Source of the DNA: Bdellovibrionota bacterium
GTDB lineage: Bacteria > Bdellovibrionota > UBA1018 > CAIPTA01 > JAALKR01
NCBI GenBank assembly: GCA_965207455.1
Contig: CBDBMJ010000001.1
Span: forward strand, 1,344,001 to 1,408,000
Length of the DNA: 64,000 bases
Reading direction: 5' to 3'
The number at the start of each line of letters is the position of its first letter. Position 1 is the first letter of the stretch. The notes under the pieces are model-generated. The model was not told where the DNA came from and did no database searches. It was given only the letters and a program-made list of their open reading frames with translations. The position numbers and the translations under genes were made by a program. This document shows positions 30,385 through 40,135 of this stretch, one piece after another.

Positions 30385-31354
30385 GGGCTGTTACAGTGGG
30401 ATTAGGGGCTTGGGGTTGTAAACCAAAGCTATGGAGCATTTTTCTATCCACATCCTCGCTAGGGTTAGATGTTGTCAATAGTTTATCTCCGGTAAAAATA
30501 GAGTTTGCTCCTGCTAAAAAGGCTAGCCCTTGGATTTCTTGGGAAAGGGAAAGCCTCCCTGCACTCAATCGTACCTTTGCCTTTGGCATTAAAACCCTTG
30601 CCACTGCAATGGATCGCACCCACTCCATAGGCTCTAAAACATCTATTCCCTCTAAGGGGGTTCCATCCACGGGCACTAATTTATTAATAGGCACACTCTC
30701 GGGCTGAGGATTTAGGTTCGCCAACGTTTGGAGAAGTTTTATGCGATCCTCTTCGCTCTCTCCCATTCCAATAATGCCACCACAACAAACAGAGATATTA
30801 GCAGCAGCAACGTTTTGTACTGTTTGTACCCGATCTTGAAATCTACGGGTTTGAATAATTTTTTCATAGTGCTCTTCCGACGTATCAAAGTTATGGTTAT
30901 AGGCCGTAAGTCCTGCTTCCTTCAATCGTCGGGCTTGACTCAAGGTCAACATTCCCAAGGTACAACAAACTTCTAAGCCTAAGTTTCCCACAGCAGAAAC
31001 CATTTCCAGTACGGATTCAAACTCATGGTTATCTTTTACCTCTCTCCAAGCGGCTCCCATACAAAAACGGGTACTTCCATTTTCTTTTGCTTTTTCCGCT
31101 GCTTTTAAAACTTCTGGCACTTCCATGAGTTTTTCTTTTTCTAAACCAGTTTTATAGTGGGCAGATTGGGGACAGTAGGAGCAGTTTTCAGGACAGCCTC
31201 CTGTTTTAATGGAAAGCAGGGTGCAGAGCTGCACCTCTTTAGGGTTATGGTATTTTCGATGTACAGTGGCTGCCTCGTAAATTAAATCTAAAATAGGCTT
31301 ACTGTATAGAGCTTCCACTTCTGAAAAACCCCAATCTTGACGAATTGAAGACAT
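30368..31354 (-). CDS. bioB: Biotin synthase
   Basis: CPENCSYC radical SAM motif, YNHN, PESVPIN, RLSAGR. Confidence 0.98.
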   Translation of the reverse strand: MSSIRQDWGFSEVEALYSKPILDLIYEAATVHRKYHNPKEVQLCTLLSIKTGGCPENCSYCPQSAHYKTGLEKEKLMEVPEVLKAAEKAKENGSTRFCMGAAWREVKDNHEFESVLEMVSAVGNLGLEVCCTLGMLTLSQARRLKEAGLTAYNHNFDTSEEHYEKIIQTRRFQDRVQTVQNVAAANISVCCGGIIGMGESEEDRIKLLQTLANLNPQPESVPINKLVPVDGTPLEGIDVLEPMEWVRSIAVARVLMPKAKVRLSAGRLSLSQEIQGLAFLAGANSIFTGDKLLTTSNPSEDVDRKMLHSFGLQPQAPNPTVTAHGLSS

Positions 31355-31367
31355 AAATTATCCTAAC

Positions 31368-31943
31368 TTAAAAATCGGCCTCATAGCCATCTGGAAGTAA
31401 GTCCCAGTTGACACCATAGACGTGAATTTTTTTTGTTTCTTGTCCATCTTTATAAAAAGGAAAACCCGCGTGGGCCCATCCCAAAGAAGCTGCAAATAGA
31501 TTCTTTATCTTACCGTCATTTTTGTGCTCGTCGGCATATATACCCGAACGATAGCCTATCGTACAATAGGTTATGAGAGTCTTTCCTGAATACTTATCTT
31601 TATTCGCTTTATACTCTTCCACTGTAATCGCCCCTTGGATCATGGACACTGCCTGCTCCTTGGGTGTGCGCACATCTATGAAAACAGCTTTTTCCTGCTG
31701 CCAAAGTTCTAGGGCTTCTCGCGGCGAAATATCCTCAACTTCGGGAAATTTCTTTTTATAATTACAATACATCTCAATCACCTTCTCTTTTTTAGTGACT
31801 GACTCGCTGGGCAAATTATTACAATTGCTCATCTCCACATTTTCTCCTCCTGCTATAGGTTTATTCTCTTCTGCAATACAATTCATGAAGTATTGACTGT
31901 ACGCAACAATACCTAAAACAAACACTAATGCAGTTATTTTCAT
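31368..31943 (-). CDS. Rhodanese-like domain protein with N-terminal signal/anchor
   Basis: FIDVRT..E..VS.I.GA and active-loop YCTIGYRS. Confidence 0.85.
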   Translation of the reverse strand: MKITALVFVLGIVAYSQYFMNCIAEENKPIAGGENVEMSNCNNLPSESVTKKEKVIEMYCNYKKKFPEVEDISPREALELWQQEKAVFIDVRTPKEQAVSMIQGAITVEEYKANKDKYSGKTLITYCTIGYRSGIYADEHKNDGKIKNLFAASLGWAHAGFPFYKDGQETKKIHVYGVNWDLLPDGYEADF

Positions 31944-32187
31944 AATCCCCCCTGTTCACCTTATATAGTATTGTTGTCTATTTGGGTATTATTTTTTTCT
32001 TTATTTTACAATGAAACGTGTGAGCACTGGTGAGTGCTGGATTTCGAGCGACATAAGTTGACTGGAAAAATCGGTTTAAGTTCTTTACCGCCTTTCTAAA
32101 AATTATCTCGAATACTTAAATTTATTTCGTATTGCAAAAAAAAAATCTTTTTTTACTAAAGAAAGATTAGTATAAGGGTAATAGCTC

Positions 32188-32697
32188 ATGGAAAATAATA
32201 CCCACCATCCTGTTGCCATAGCCAATTACTTTATAAGACTCGGCAAAGATCAAAAAGGTCTTACTTTAATGCAATTGCTAAAACTATCTTATATTGCACA
32301 TGGATTCAAGCTTGCTCTTTCGGGTAATGCCCTTTCGTTTGAGTTAGTCCAAGCTTGGAAATATGGTCCTGTGTTTCCTCATATATATAATAAGTTTAAG
32401 TATAATGCTCCTGGGAAAATTAAGTCTCCTGGAACCTGTTTAAGTGAAGATAGAACTAGCCTTACCCCCATAAAGAGTAATTTTAGACCTGAAGAAATAC
32501 GTATTATGGATGTAGTATATGATATTTATGGCAGTCTTGAGGGCTGGCGCCTATCCACTCTAACACACCAAGAAGGAACTCCATGGCATGAAATATGGAA
32601 CGACCAAGGAAAACTTTTTCATGGAGTTACTATCCCTAATAAGATGATTAAAAATTATTTCAAAACTGAAATACTGCATGAATACATCCCAAAATGA
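32188..32697 (+). CDS. Panacea-domain antitoxin (SocA/GepA/DUF4065)
   Basis: IANYFI, LT.MQLLKL.Y.AHG, QAWKYGPV, L..LTH..GTPW. Confidence 0.9.
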   Translation: MENNTHHPVAIANYFIRLGKDQKGLTLMQLLKLSYIAHGFKLALSGNALSFELVQAWKYGPVFPHIYNKFKYNAPGKIKSPGTCLSEDRTSLTPIKSNFRPEEIRIMDVVYDIYGSLEGWRLSTLTHQEGTPWHEIWNDQGKLFHGVTIPNKMIKNYFKTEILHEYIPK

Positions 32698-33107
32698 CCG
32701 GTGACCTCCTAAAAGCTCTTATAAATTCTTTAGAGAAAATAGAGGCAAATAAGCCAAAAATCCAAAAAAAAACCTCAAAAAATACCTATGATGGAAATGA
32801 AAAAGAAAACGAAGAGGATATTGAACAGGATCAAAAACATCATCGTAAAGCAGAAGAACTTGAGAATGTTGCTAAATCGGAAAAAATTGAAGATTCAAAA
32901 GCAGCTAGAAAACAAAGAGCAACGTATGCACTCTTCACAACCATATTTATGTGCATATATATAAGCATTGTGCTCGTAATGTTAGTTTATATTGGTTTAG
33001 AGATAATGACTTTGCCAGCCATACCTTTAGCAGCACTTATTTCTACAATACCTGCATCCATGGCTTTACTTGCTTGGGTTTTAAAGGGTTTATTTTCATC
33101 AAAATAA
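32694..33107 (+). CDS. Putative membrane toxin partner of the Panacea antitoxin
   Basis: ATGA overlap with panA; charged N-terminal half and two C-terminal TM helices. Confidence 0.55.
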   Translation: MTGDLLKALINSLEKIEANKPKIQKKTSKNTYDGNEKENEEDIEQDQKHHRKAEELENVAKSEKIEDSKAARKQRATYALFTTIFMCIYISIVLVMLVYIGLEIMTLPAIPLAALISTIPASMALLAWVLKGLFSSK

Positions 33108-33212
33108 AAACTCTCCAGAATCATTAACGGAAAAAGGTAAGAATTTTTCGTGTATTTCAACCTCTACAAAAATTCCTTTGTCTTTTCAATGCTCCACAGT
33201 AGAATATAAGGA

Positions 33213-33452
33213 ATGGAGGTTGGTATGGAGTTTGACGGTTTTAAGAGTGTAGTGGAAATGCTAAGTTGTGCAGATGAAGATCTCAGGAAAAAAATTCTCA
33301 AAGGCATTGAGGATAAAGATCCAGAGCTTGCCATCCGTATTACACAGGAGCTTACCGTTCGTGGTGAAAAAGCTGATGTCTTGATTCTAAAGGATCAAAA
33401 TAAAGCTCAGCAATCTCAGAATATTCGTAATTATTCAAAGAACAAAGTATAG
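33213..33452 (+). CDS. Small protein resembling a FliG helical segment
   Basis: G.KSVVEML...D...RKKILK.IE.KDPELA..I resembles the FliG middle region; GGAGG RBS before ATG 33225. Confidence 0.5.
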   Translation: MEVGMEFDGFKSVVEMLSCADEDLRKKILKGIEDKDPELAIRITQELTVRGEKADVLILKDQNKAQQSQNIRNYSKNKV

Positions 33453-33462
33453 TTCTTTGAAA

Positions 33463-34077
33463 TCAAAATTTGAAATGAAAAAAAGCTGGAGCATTTCTGG
33501 TTTTCTTAAAGTAATAGCAGTATTGGAAGGCTTCTGTTGCTTGCTCTTTATCAACATTGGTCATTTCTACCAGAAAATACGCATCGTAGGGTTTATAATT
33601 CTTCGATCCTAGTGTTACTGATCCCTTTCTCACTTTAATTTTATTGGGAGAAAAGTACATCGCAAGGCTAGCATCTTCTTGCACCAATGGAGGTCCATTC
33701 ATGTAATTATTGTATATAAGAAATTCTATCTGCCATCGTATTGGTCCGCTATCAAAGTAGTCTGGATCTACATCGGAATACCAGATGAAAGCAGCTCTAT
33801 AGCTAACAGGGGTAGTGAATCCAGGACCATAATCGACTTTAATTCCAGAAACGAATGTACTTATGGGAGTGTTTGGTTGATCTTTCGTATAACATCGCCC
33901 ACTTCTCCTACCGACAATACTTTCATGCTCTAGTACCTGTGCTTCACTGAAAGCCTTTTTCATTACATTGTAGTAAGTGGTATCATTTAGTTTAATGCCA
34001 GCTAGTGGATTGTTATTCTGTGCATTGGCAGAAAATGTATATAAAAAAATCAGTATGCTTAGTTTAATGCTTTTCAT
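33463..34077 (-). CDS. Secreted hypothetical protein
   Basis: Signal peptide MKSIKLSILIFLYTFSANA starting at ATG 34077. Confidence 0.75.
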   Translation of the reverse strand: MKSIKLSILIFLYTFSANAQNNNPLAGIKLNDTTYYNVMKKAFSEAQVLEHESIVGRRSGRCYTKDQPNTPISTFVSGIKVDYGPGFTTPVSYRAAFIWYSDVDPDYFDSGPIRWQIEFLIYNNYMNGPPLVQEDASLAMYFSPNKIKVRKGSVTLGSKNYKPYDAYFLVEMTNVDKEQATEAFQYCYYFKKTRNAPAFFHFKF

Positions 34078-34082
34078 TTTTT

Positions 34083-34985
34083 CTACTCCAACACCAGTCC
34101 ATAGCGCAATCCACGGGTGGAAACCTCTATGGATGTTTGTTTGCCTGCTTCTAGGCAAAGTTGTAGGATAATAGCACCGGCAAGGATTACATCGGCGCGT
34201 CCTTTGTCCATTCCTCCTACGCCTAGTCGACTATTGGTGGACATGGAGGAAAAGCGACGAATGAGTTTGTGGAGTTGGACAAGGTCGAAGCTAGTTCCCT
34301 GCACCTTAGCAGGTTCAAAGGTGGAGAGTTCCAGAATACTAGATGCCACATATGTTGCCGTTCCAGCTACTCCTAGCCAGCGTTTATTATGAAATTTTTC
34401 AAAAAAATCTTTTTCCCCATAAAATAACTCTTGCACGTAATTATAAAGTTCTTCCTGTTCTTTTCCTGTGGGTGGGTCGTTGGAAAAAAATCTTTCTGTT
34501 AATCGCACGCAACCCACATCAAAACTTTTTCGTAGTAATTTTTGTTGTGAATCTAAGGTGATGATTTCTGTGGAGCCACCACCTATATCCACAACGGCAT
34601 AATTCTCTTGAGCTTCTGGAACGATCAAAGCTCCATAAAAACTATATTGGGCTTCCTCTTCTCCTGTAATAATCCGAATGGGCGCTCCTAACAATTTCTC
34701 TATTTTTTGAAAAAAAACAGGTGCATTGGAGGCTTGTCGGGAACCAGCGGTGGCCACTGCACGAATTTCCGGGTTTTCGTATTGGGAAAGAATGGTTTTA
34801 TAATTTTCAAAGCAAGCTATGGCACGATCCAGGGCTTGAGGCTGAAAGGTGTGATGTTCGTCCACTCCCTCCCCTAGGCGCACAACTGTAACTCTGTCTT
34901 CGAGAACTTGAAGGTTTTTTTCCTCCACTTTTGCAATTAATAAAAGAATGGTATTGGTACCAATATCGATTCCAGCTCTTAACAT
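34083..34985 (-). CDS. Ppx/GppA family phosphatase
   Basis: IDIGTN, RLGEG, ITGEEEA, DIGGGSTE, GRADVI.AG, GLRYG. Confidence 0.93.
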   Translation of the reverse strand: MLRAGIDIGTNTILLLIAKVEEKNLQVLEDRVTVVRLGEGVDEHHTFQPQALDRAIACFENYKTILSQYENPEIRAVATAGSRQASNAPVFFQKIEKLLGAPIRIITGEEEAQYSFYGALIVPEAQENYAVVDIGGGSTEIITLDSQQKLLRKSFDVGCVRLTERFFSNDPPTGKEQEELYNYVQELFYGEKDFFEKFHNKRWLGVAGTATYVASSILELSTFEPAKVQGTSFDLVQLHKLIRRFSSMSTNSRLGVGGMDKGRADVILAGAIILQLCLEAGKQTSIEVSTRGLRYGLVLE

Positions 34986-35005
34986 TCTTTTTGAATCTCC
35001 ATTAC

Positions 35006-36904
35006 TTAGAATAATTTCTTAAGCTTTTTTTTCAGATCTTTTTTACTCGTTTGCTTCAATAATTTCTTCAATTTTTTAGACTTTAAAAGACGGCTTGCTT
35101 GTCTTTCTAAAATATTTTTTTGCAGCTGAGCTATGGTGTACTCATAGTCTACTTTTGGTGCTGTTAAGGGGCCTGTGGTATGGAACGCTAGCACAGGTTT
35201 CTTGCCTCCTATAGATATCCATTTGGGTAAGCGCCTGTTGGGATCATGAAGAGTAAAATAAGAATCCTGCTCCATCCCTGTAATTTTAGAGGCACCAAGA
35301 ATATCTACTCCTCCCTTGCCTCCTGACATTTTTATGGGGTTTACAGCAATTACACCTTCTTCAAACTTTAATTGCATAGTAATGGAATCAAAGCCGGGTT
35401 TAATGCTTTTCAATTTAAGTTTTTTCTTTAGTTTTGCTTTCGCAAAGATGGTGGAAAAAAATTCAGCAACGTTTACACCCGTCAAATGAAAATCTTTTAT
35501 AGAAGTAGTGGCTGTACCAGTGATAGACTTTTGGATATCAGGAAGCATTTTTCCATTCAACTTCCATTCCATAAGGGCTGTTCCCTTGACCTCCCCATGA
35601 AAAAATTCAGGAAAATGCTTTTTCTGAACATTATTTATGAGAATATTTTTCACTGAACCTAAAAAAGAAAATCTCCTCGATGACGTGCTGTGATCCAAAA
35701 TAACCTTAGACACTATATTCATCCCTAAAAGGGTGCCGCCAGCATCAAGATCGAGGTTTTTATTAAACCAGCCAACATTCAAGTTAAGATTCCCATCCAC
35801 ACCCTTAAACTCCAATTTACTTTTTATTTTTAATTGGGAAGGCGGTCCCTCCACATTCATTGCCATAGCAATTGTTCCGTCATAAGGATTGAGTTTTAAG
35901 GCTGGTATTAGGTTAACAAGATTTTTCAACGGAATGGGCGCTAAAGAAGCCAAGCTTGCTCTCAAATACTTACCCACCATAAAATCTCCGCTCCCTTCGA
36001 GAGTTATTGTATGAAAAGTAACTTTCAAGTCGCTTAGTTTTATATTTTCTTTCGTTCCCTTTACTCTTGCTCCAAGTTTCATGGGCATACTTTTCGTTTT
36101 GTTTATTTGCTTGCCAATTAATTCCACAGCCGTGGCATCCACATTTATAACACCATAGGCACCCGTGATACTGTTTCCCAGCACTGTTGGTGTGAATTCA
36201 AAATTTACCTTTAATTTGCCCATGGCTAAAACACCCGCCATGGTTCCATTCACATACAAATCAAGATGGGCATCCATTTTTTTCTGAAAGCCTAAATTAT
36301 TTACCTGAAAGCGTACGTTTTCCAAAAGAAATTCTTTCTTAGCGGAATCGTCCTTAATGCTTATTTTGCTATTTTCTATACGCACATTAATGACTGCATT
36401 TTTTAAAAAGGCTGGCACCTCCATTTTTTTCCCTGAATCTCCAGCCATTGCTGTTGGTATGAACCAAGAACTCTGAACAACGGGCAAAGGTTCCACTTTT
36501 ATCATCGATGATTTTTTATTTCTTTTCTTTATTGCTTCTAGAAGATTAATCGTTCCATCTTTTCTTTTAATAATCTTCACCTTAGCGTCTTGCAAAACTA
36601 CGGTGAAAACAGGCTCACTCTTCAATAAAGAAAGTAAGGGTATATTCATATACGCCGATCGGGCTTCGATAATGGAGCTGCCATTCTTGGGGTCTTTCAA
36701 GGAAATAGATTTTGTTTTAACTCTAATTCCCTCTAGTATGGAAAGATCCAGCTCTCCTATCTCTATTTTTCCCATTATTTTTTCATTAACTGCTGCTGTG
36801 ATTCTCGAACTAAAGAATTCAAGGTCCATGGTAAATAGTAATACAAGAACACCCAACATTAATGCTGCGCATACCGACACTATAAATTTAATCAAGCCAA
36901 ACAT
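35006..36904 (-). CDS. AsmA family protein
   Basis: N-terminal TM anchor, long beta-rich body, C-terminal TGPL.APKV followed by a helical tail. Confidence 0.7.
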   Translation of the reverse strand: MFGLIKFIVSVCAALMLGVLVLLFTMDLEFFSSRITAAVNEKIMGKIEIGELDLSILEGIRVKTKSISLKDPKNGSSIIEARSAYMNIPLLSLLKSEPVFTVVLQDAKVKIIKRKDGTINLLEAIKKRNKKSSMIKVEPLPVVQSSWFIPTAMAGDSGKKMEVPAFLKNAVINVRIENSKISIKDDSAKKEFLLENVRFQVNNLGFQKKMDAHLDLYVNGTMAGVLAMGKLKVNFEFTPTVLGNSITGAYGVINVDATAVELIGKQINKTKSMPMKLGARVKGTKENIKLSDLKVTFHTITLEGSGDFMVGKYLRASLASLAPIPLKNLVNLIPALKLNPYDGTIAMAMNVEGPPSQLKIKSKLEFKGVDGNLNLNVGWFNKNLDLDAGGTLLGMNIVSKVILDHSTSSRRFSFLGSVKNILINNVQKKHFPEFFHGEVKGTALMEWKLNGKMLPDIQKSITGTATTSIKDFHLTGVNVAEFFSTIFAKAKLKKKLKLKSIKPGFDSITMQLKFEEGVIAVNPIKMSGGKGGVDILGASKITGMEQDSYFTLHDPNRRLPKWISIGGKKPVLAFHTTGPLTAPKVDYEYTIAQLQKNILERQASRLLKSKKLKKLLKQTSKKDLKKKLKKLF

Positions 36905-36907
36905 CGC

Positions 36908-38365
36908 CTATCTCCCTTCCAAACATTTTTTCACTAAATCATTAACCATTTTAGGGTTCGCTTGTCCCTTTGTTGCTTTCATCACTTGCCCCACAAAAAA
37001 TCCAAATAACTTCTCTTTTCCATCCTTATATTGTGCCACCTGATTGGGGTTTTTCTCAATCACTTCCTGAATTACTTTTTCAATGGCAGCAGGGTCTGAA
37101 ATCTGAACCAACCCCTTTTCTTCCACAATTTTCTCCGGTTCTTTTCCCTCTGCCCACATCGCCTCAAAAACAACCTTAGCAATTTTCGAACTAATGGCTC
37201 CCTTTTTAATCATTTGCACTAGGCGCCCCAAATAGCTGGGTGGAAAGGGACAATCCTTGATCTCCTTCTCGGACTCTTTCAAAAGACGCAACACCTCACC
37301 CATTACCCAATTGGAAACTAGTTTTGGTTCGTTGTCCGAGTGGCGTACTGCCTCTTCATAAAAAGTGGAAAGGGCCTTTGTGCTAGTAATTACCTGAGCA
37401 TCGTATTCTGGAATATGAAAGTCAGAAACAAAGCGAAGGGCTTTCTCTTCGGGCAGTTCAGGTAAATTATCCTGAATATCGTCCACCCATTTTTTTTCTA
37501 AACGCAGTGGAGGTAGGTCTGGCTCGGGAAAATAACGGTAATCATGGGCATCCTCCTTTGCTCGCATGGAAAGGGTGCAATCTTTTTCTGCGTCATACAG
37601 ACGAGTCTCTTGCACAACAGTACCACCACCCTTGAGCACTTTTACCTGTCGATGAATTTCATACTCTATGGCTTTCTCCACAAAACGAAAACTATTAATA
37701 TTTTTCAGTTCCGCACGGGTGCCAAATTCTTTTTGACCGATTGGTCGAACTGAAACATTGGCATCACAACGAAAGTTTCCTTCCTGAAGATTTCCATCAC
37801 ATACCTCAATATACTGTAAAATAGCATGGAGTTTTCTCAAATAAGCGCTGGCTTCCTTAGCACTACGGAAATCTGGCTCCGAGACAATCTCGATCAACGG
37901 CGTTCCTGCACGATTTAAATCCACAAGACTATAGCCAGCCATATGATTACTTTTTCCCGCATCCTCTTCCATATGAATTCGGGTAATACCAATAGACTTC
38001 GTTGCACTCTTAGCGTTCTCATCTTCAAATTGAATTTGCAAACGCCCTCGCAAAGCAATAGGCTTATCGAATTGGGAAATTTGATACCCTTTGGGTAAGT
38101 CAGGATAAAAATAATTTTTTCTAGAAAACACACTCTCCAACTGCACCTCACAGTGGGTGGCCAAAGCTGCACGAACTGCAAACTCCACTGCTTTTTTATT
38201 CAATACGGGAAGCGATCCCGGCTGTGCTGTACAAACATAATGTATATTTCCATTAGGCGCTTGCCCGAAGCTATTGGGCGCAGGAGAAAATAATTTAGAC
38301 TTAGTGGAAAGCTGGGCATGAACCTCCAGCCCAATCACTGGAGAGTAGCCATCATAATTTATCAT
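36908..38365 (-). CDS. gatB: Asp/Glu-tRNA amidotransferase subunit B
   Basis: IGLEVHAQL, RKNYFYPDLPKGYQISQ, YRYFPEPDL. Confidence 0.98.
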   Translation of the reverse strand: MINYDGYSPVIGLEVHAQLSTKSKLFSPAPNSFGQAPNGNIHYVCTAQPGSLPVLNKKAVEFAVRAALATHCEVQLESVFSRKNYFYPDLPKGYQISQFDKPIALRGRLQIQFEDENAKSATKSIGITRIHMEEDAGKSNHMAGYSLVDLNRAGTPLIEIVSEPDFRSAKEASAYLRKLHAILQYIEVCDGNLQEGNFRCDANVSVRPIGQKEFGTRAELKNINSFRFVEKAIEYEIHRQVKVLKGGGTVVQETRLYDAEKDCTLSMRAKEDAHDYRYFPEPDLPPLRLEKKWVDDIQDNLPELPEEKALRFVSDFHIPEYDAQVITSTKALSTFYEEAVRHSDNEPKLVSNWVMGEVLRLLKESEKEIKDCPFPPSYLGRLVQMIKKGAISSKIAKVVFEAMWAEGKEPEKIVEEKGLVQISDPAAIEKVIQEVIEKNPNQVAQYKDGKEKLFGFFVGQVMKATKGQANPKMVNDLVKKCLEGR

Positions 38366-39839
38366 ACAAACCCTCCAAGGCGGCGGTTAATAGGAGTAAT
38401 TTTTCTTCCTGAAAAGGCGCACCTATGAGTTGAACGCCCACGGGTAAATTATGTTCTCCTGTTCCCCAAGGGAAGGAAATAGCTGGCAGTCCTGCAAGGT
38501 TGATGGGAGCCGTATAAATATCGTTCAAGTACATTTGCAGGGGGTCACTTGTCTCTCCTCGAAGAAAGGACACAGTGGGCGTTGTGGGACTAATAATAGC
38601 GTGGCACTGAGAAAAAGCTTTTGCAAAATCTTGGGTAATTAATTCCTGAACACTGCAAGCCTTCTTATAGTAAGCATCGTAGTAACCGGCAGAAAGCACA
38701 AAGGTGCCCAAAAGAATTCGACGTTTCACCTCGGTTCCAAAAAATTTTCCTCTGGTTTCCCCGTACAGTTCCTTCAGAGATTTATTTTTATTTTTTCCCT
38801 CCAAAGATACTCGGGAACCATAACGAATGCCATCGTAACGGGCTAAGTTGCTACTCGCCTCGCCCATGGCGATAATATAGTATACTGCCAAAGCTAGTCG
38901 GCTGTGGGGCAAATCGATGGGTACCATCCTGGCACCCGCTTTTTTAAATTCCTCTATCACCTGCTCCACTTTTTTCTGCACACCACTGTCTAGTCCTGAA
39001 GTGAAGTATCCGGGGTAATACCCTATTCGTGTATTTCTTAATAACGTAGCTGCCTCTTGAGCAGAAGTGCGAATCCTATGTACTGATTTTCCCGTAGAAG
39101 GTGGATTACCGGAGATACTCGTACTGTCCAACGGATCCCCACCCGCAATACTATCAAACAAATCTGCACAATCTTGGCTGTCCAAAGCAAGAGGACCCAC
39201 CTGATCTAAGCTGGAAGCAAAGGCAATCACACCGTAACGACTAACACGACCATATGTGGGCTTTAATCCAACCACACCACAAAAACTCGCAGGCTGACGA
39301 ACACTCCCACCCGTATCCGTACCCAAGGTGATGGGTACTAAATCACCTGCAATCGCCGCTGCAGAACCGGAAGAGCTTCCCCCAGGAATTCGTGCTAAAT
39401 CCTGAGGCAACATTGTGGCACCAAAGGCAGAGTTCTCTCCACTGGAACCCATGGCAAATTCGTCCATATTGAGCTTTCCCACACTAATGGCTCCCAAAGA
39501 TTCTAGGCGATCCACCACCGTGGCACTGTAGGGAGGAATATAATCCTCCAACATTTTTGATCCGCAAGTGGTGCGGACTCCCTTGGTCAATAGTATATCT
39601 TTTAAACCCACAGGAATTCCCGACAGTGGGCTTCCCTTGAACCCCTTCCCCTTATCGTAGTCCCTTGCCTTGCTCAATGCCTCGTCCGCACATACAGTGA
39701 TAAAGGAATTTGTCTTGTCTGCTGCGATTTTCTCTAAATAAGTTTGGGTGATGGACTCACAGGAGATGGAACCAGCGTCCAGTTCCTGCCTCCACTCCCA
39801 TGCTTTTTTATATTTATGACGGGGAAGAGAATAGGTCAT
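38352..39839 (-). CDS. gatA: Asp/Glu-tRNA amidotransferase subunit A
   Basis: Amidase signature GGSSSGS, GTDTGGSVRQPA, EASSNLARYDG. Confidence 0.98.
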   Translation of the reverse strand: MTYSLPRHKYKKAWEWRQELDAGSISCESITQTYLEKIAADKTNSFITVCADEALSKARDYDKGKGFKGSPLSGIPVGLKDILLTKGVRTTCGSKMLEDYIPPYSATVVDRLESLGAISVGKLNMDEFAMGSSGENSAFGATMLPQDLARIPGGSSSGSAAAIAGDLVPITLGTDTGGSVRQPASFCGVVGLKPTYGRVSRYGVIAFASSLDQVGPLALDSQDCADLFDSIAGGDPLDSTSISGNPPSTGKSVHRIRTSAQEAATLLRNTRIGYYPGYFTSGLDSGVQKKVEQVIEEFKKAGARMVPIDLPHSRLALAVYYIIAMGEASSNLARYDGIRYGSRVSLEGKNKNKSLKELYGETRGKFFGTEVKRRILLGTFVLSAGYYDAYYKKACSVQELITQDFAKAFSQCHAIISPTTPTVSFLRGETSDPLQMYLNDIYTAPINLAGLPAISFPWGTGEHNLPVGVQLIGAPFQEEKLLLLTAALEGLYDKL

Positions 39840-40135
39840 TGCTCACCGTCCAGTATGGGAGGAACATGGAATTGATTGTGCAAAGTTTGCTTAGAACAGG
39901 AAACAATTGCTTGGGTTTCTTCTTGGGAAAGGGCCACGGGTTCGTCCTCTCGCAAAGAACAAACATCCATAAAAATAGTTGGGGCTTGGCTTGCTCCCGT
40001 ATCCACTGTATTTAATTGATCCACATAATTGAGGATTTTCTCCAAATCATTTGCATACAGCTTTTCCTCCTCCGCACTAAGAGATAGGGCAGCCAATTTG
40101 GCGATTTTATGAATGGAGGCTGAATCAATACTCAT
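39836..40135 (-). CDS. gatC: Asp/Glu-tRNA amidotransferase subunit C
   Basis: IAKLAAL, IL.YVDQL, LRED, F.VP; directly upstream of gatA. Confidence 0.93.
   Translation of the reverse strand: MSIDSASIHKIAKLAALSLSAEEEKLYANDLEKILNYVDQLNTVDTGASQAPTIFMDVCSLREDEPVALSQEETQAIVSCSKQTLHNQFHVPPILDGEQ

Noticed and set aside
31944..32187. BirA operator upstream of the bio operon
   Set aside because: The BirA in this window lacks the N-terminal HTH and no convincing operator was seen; the AGCACT-N4-AGTGCT palindrome is too short to call
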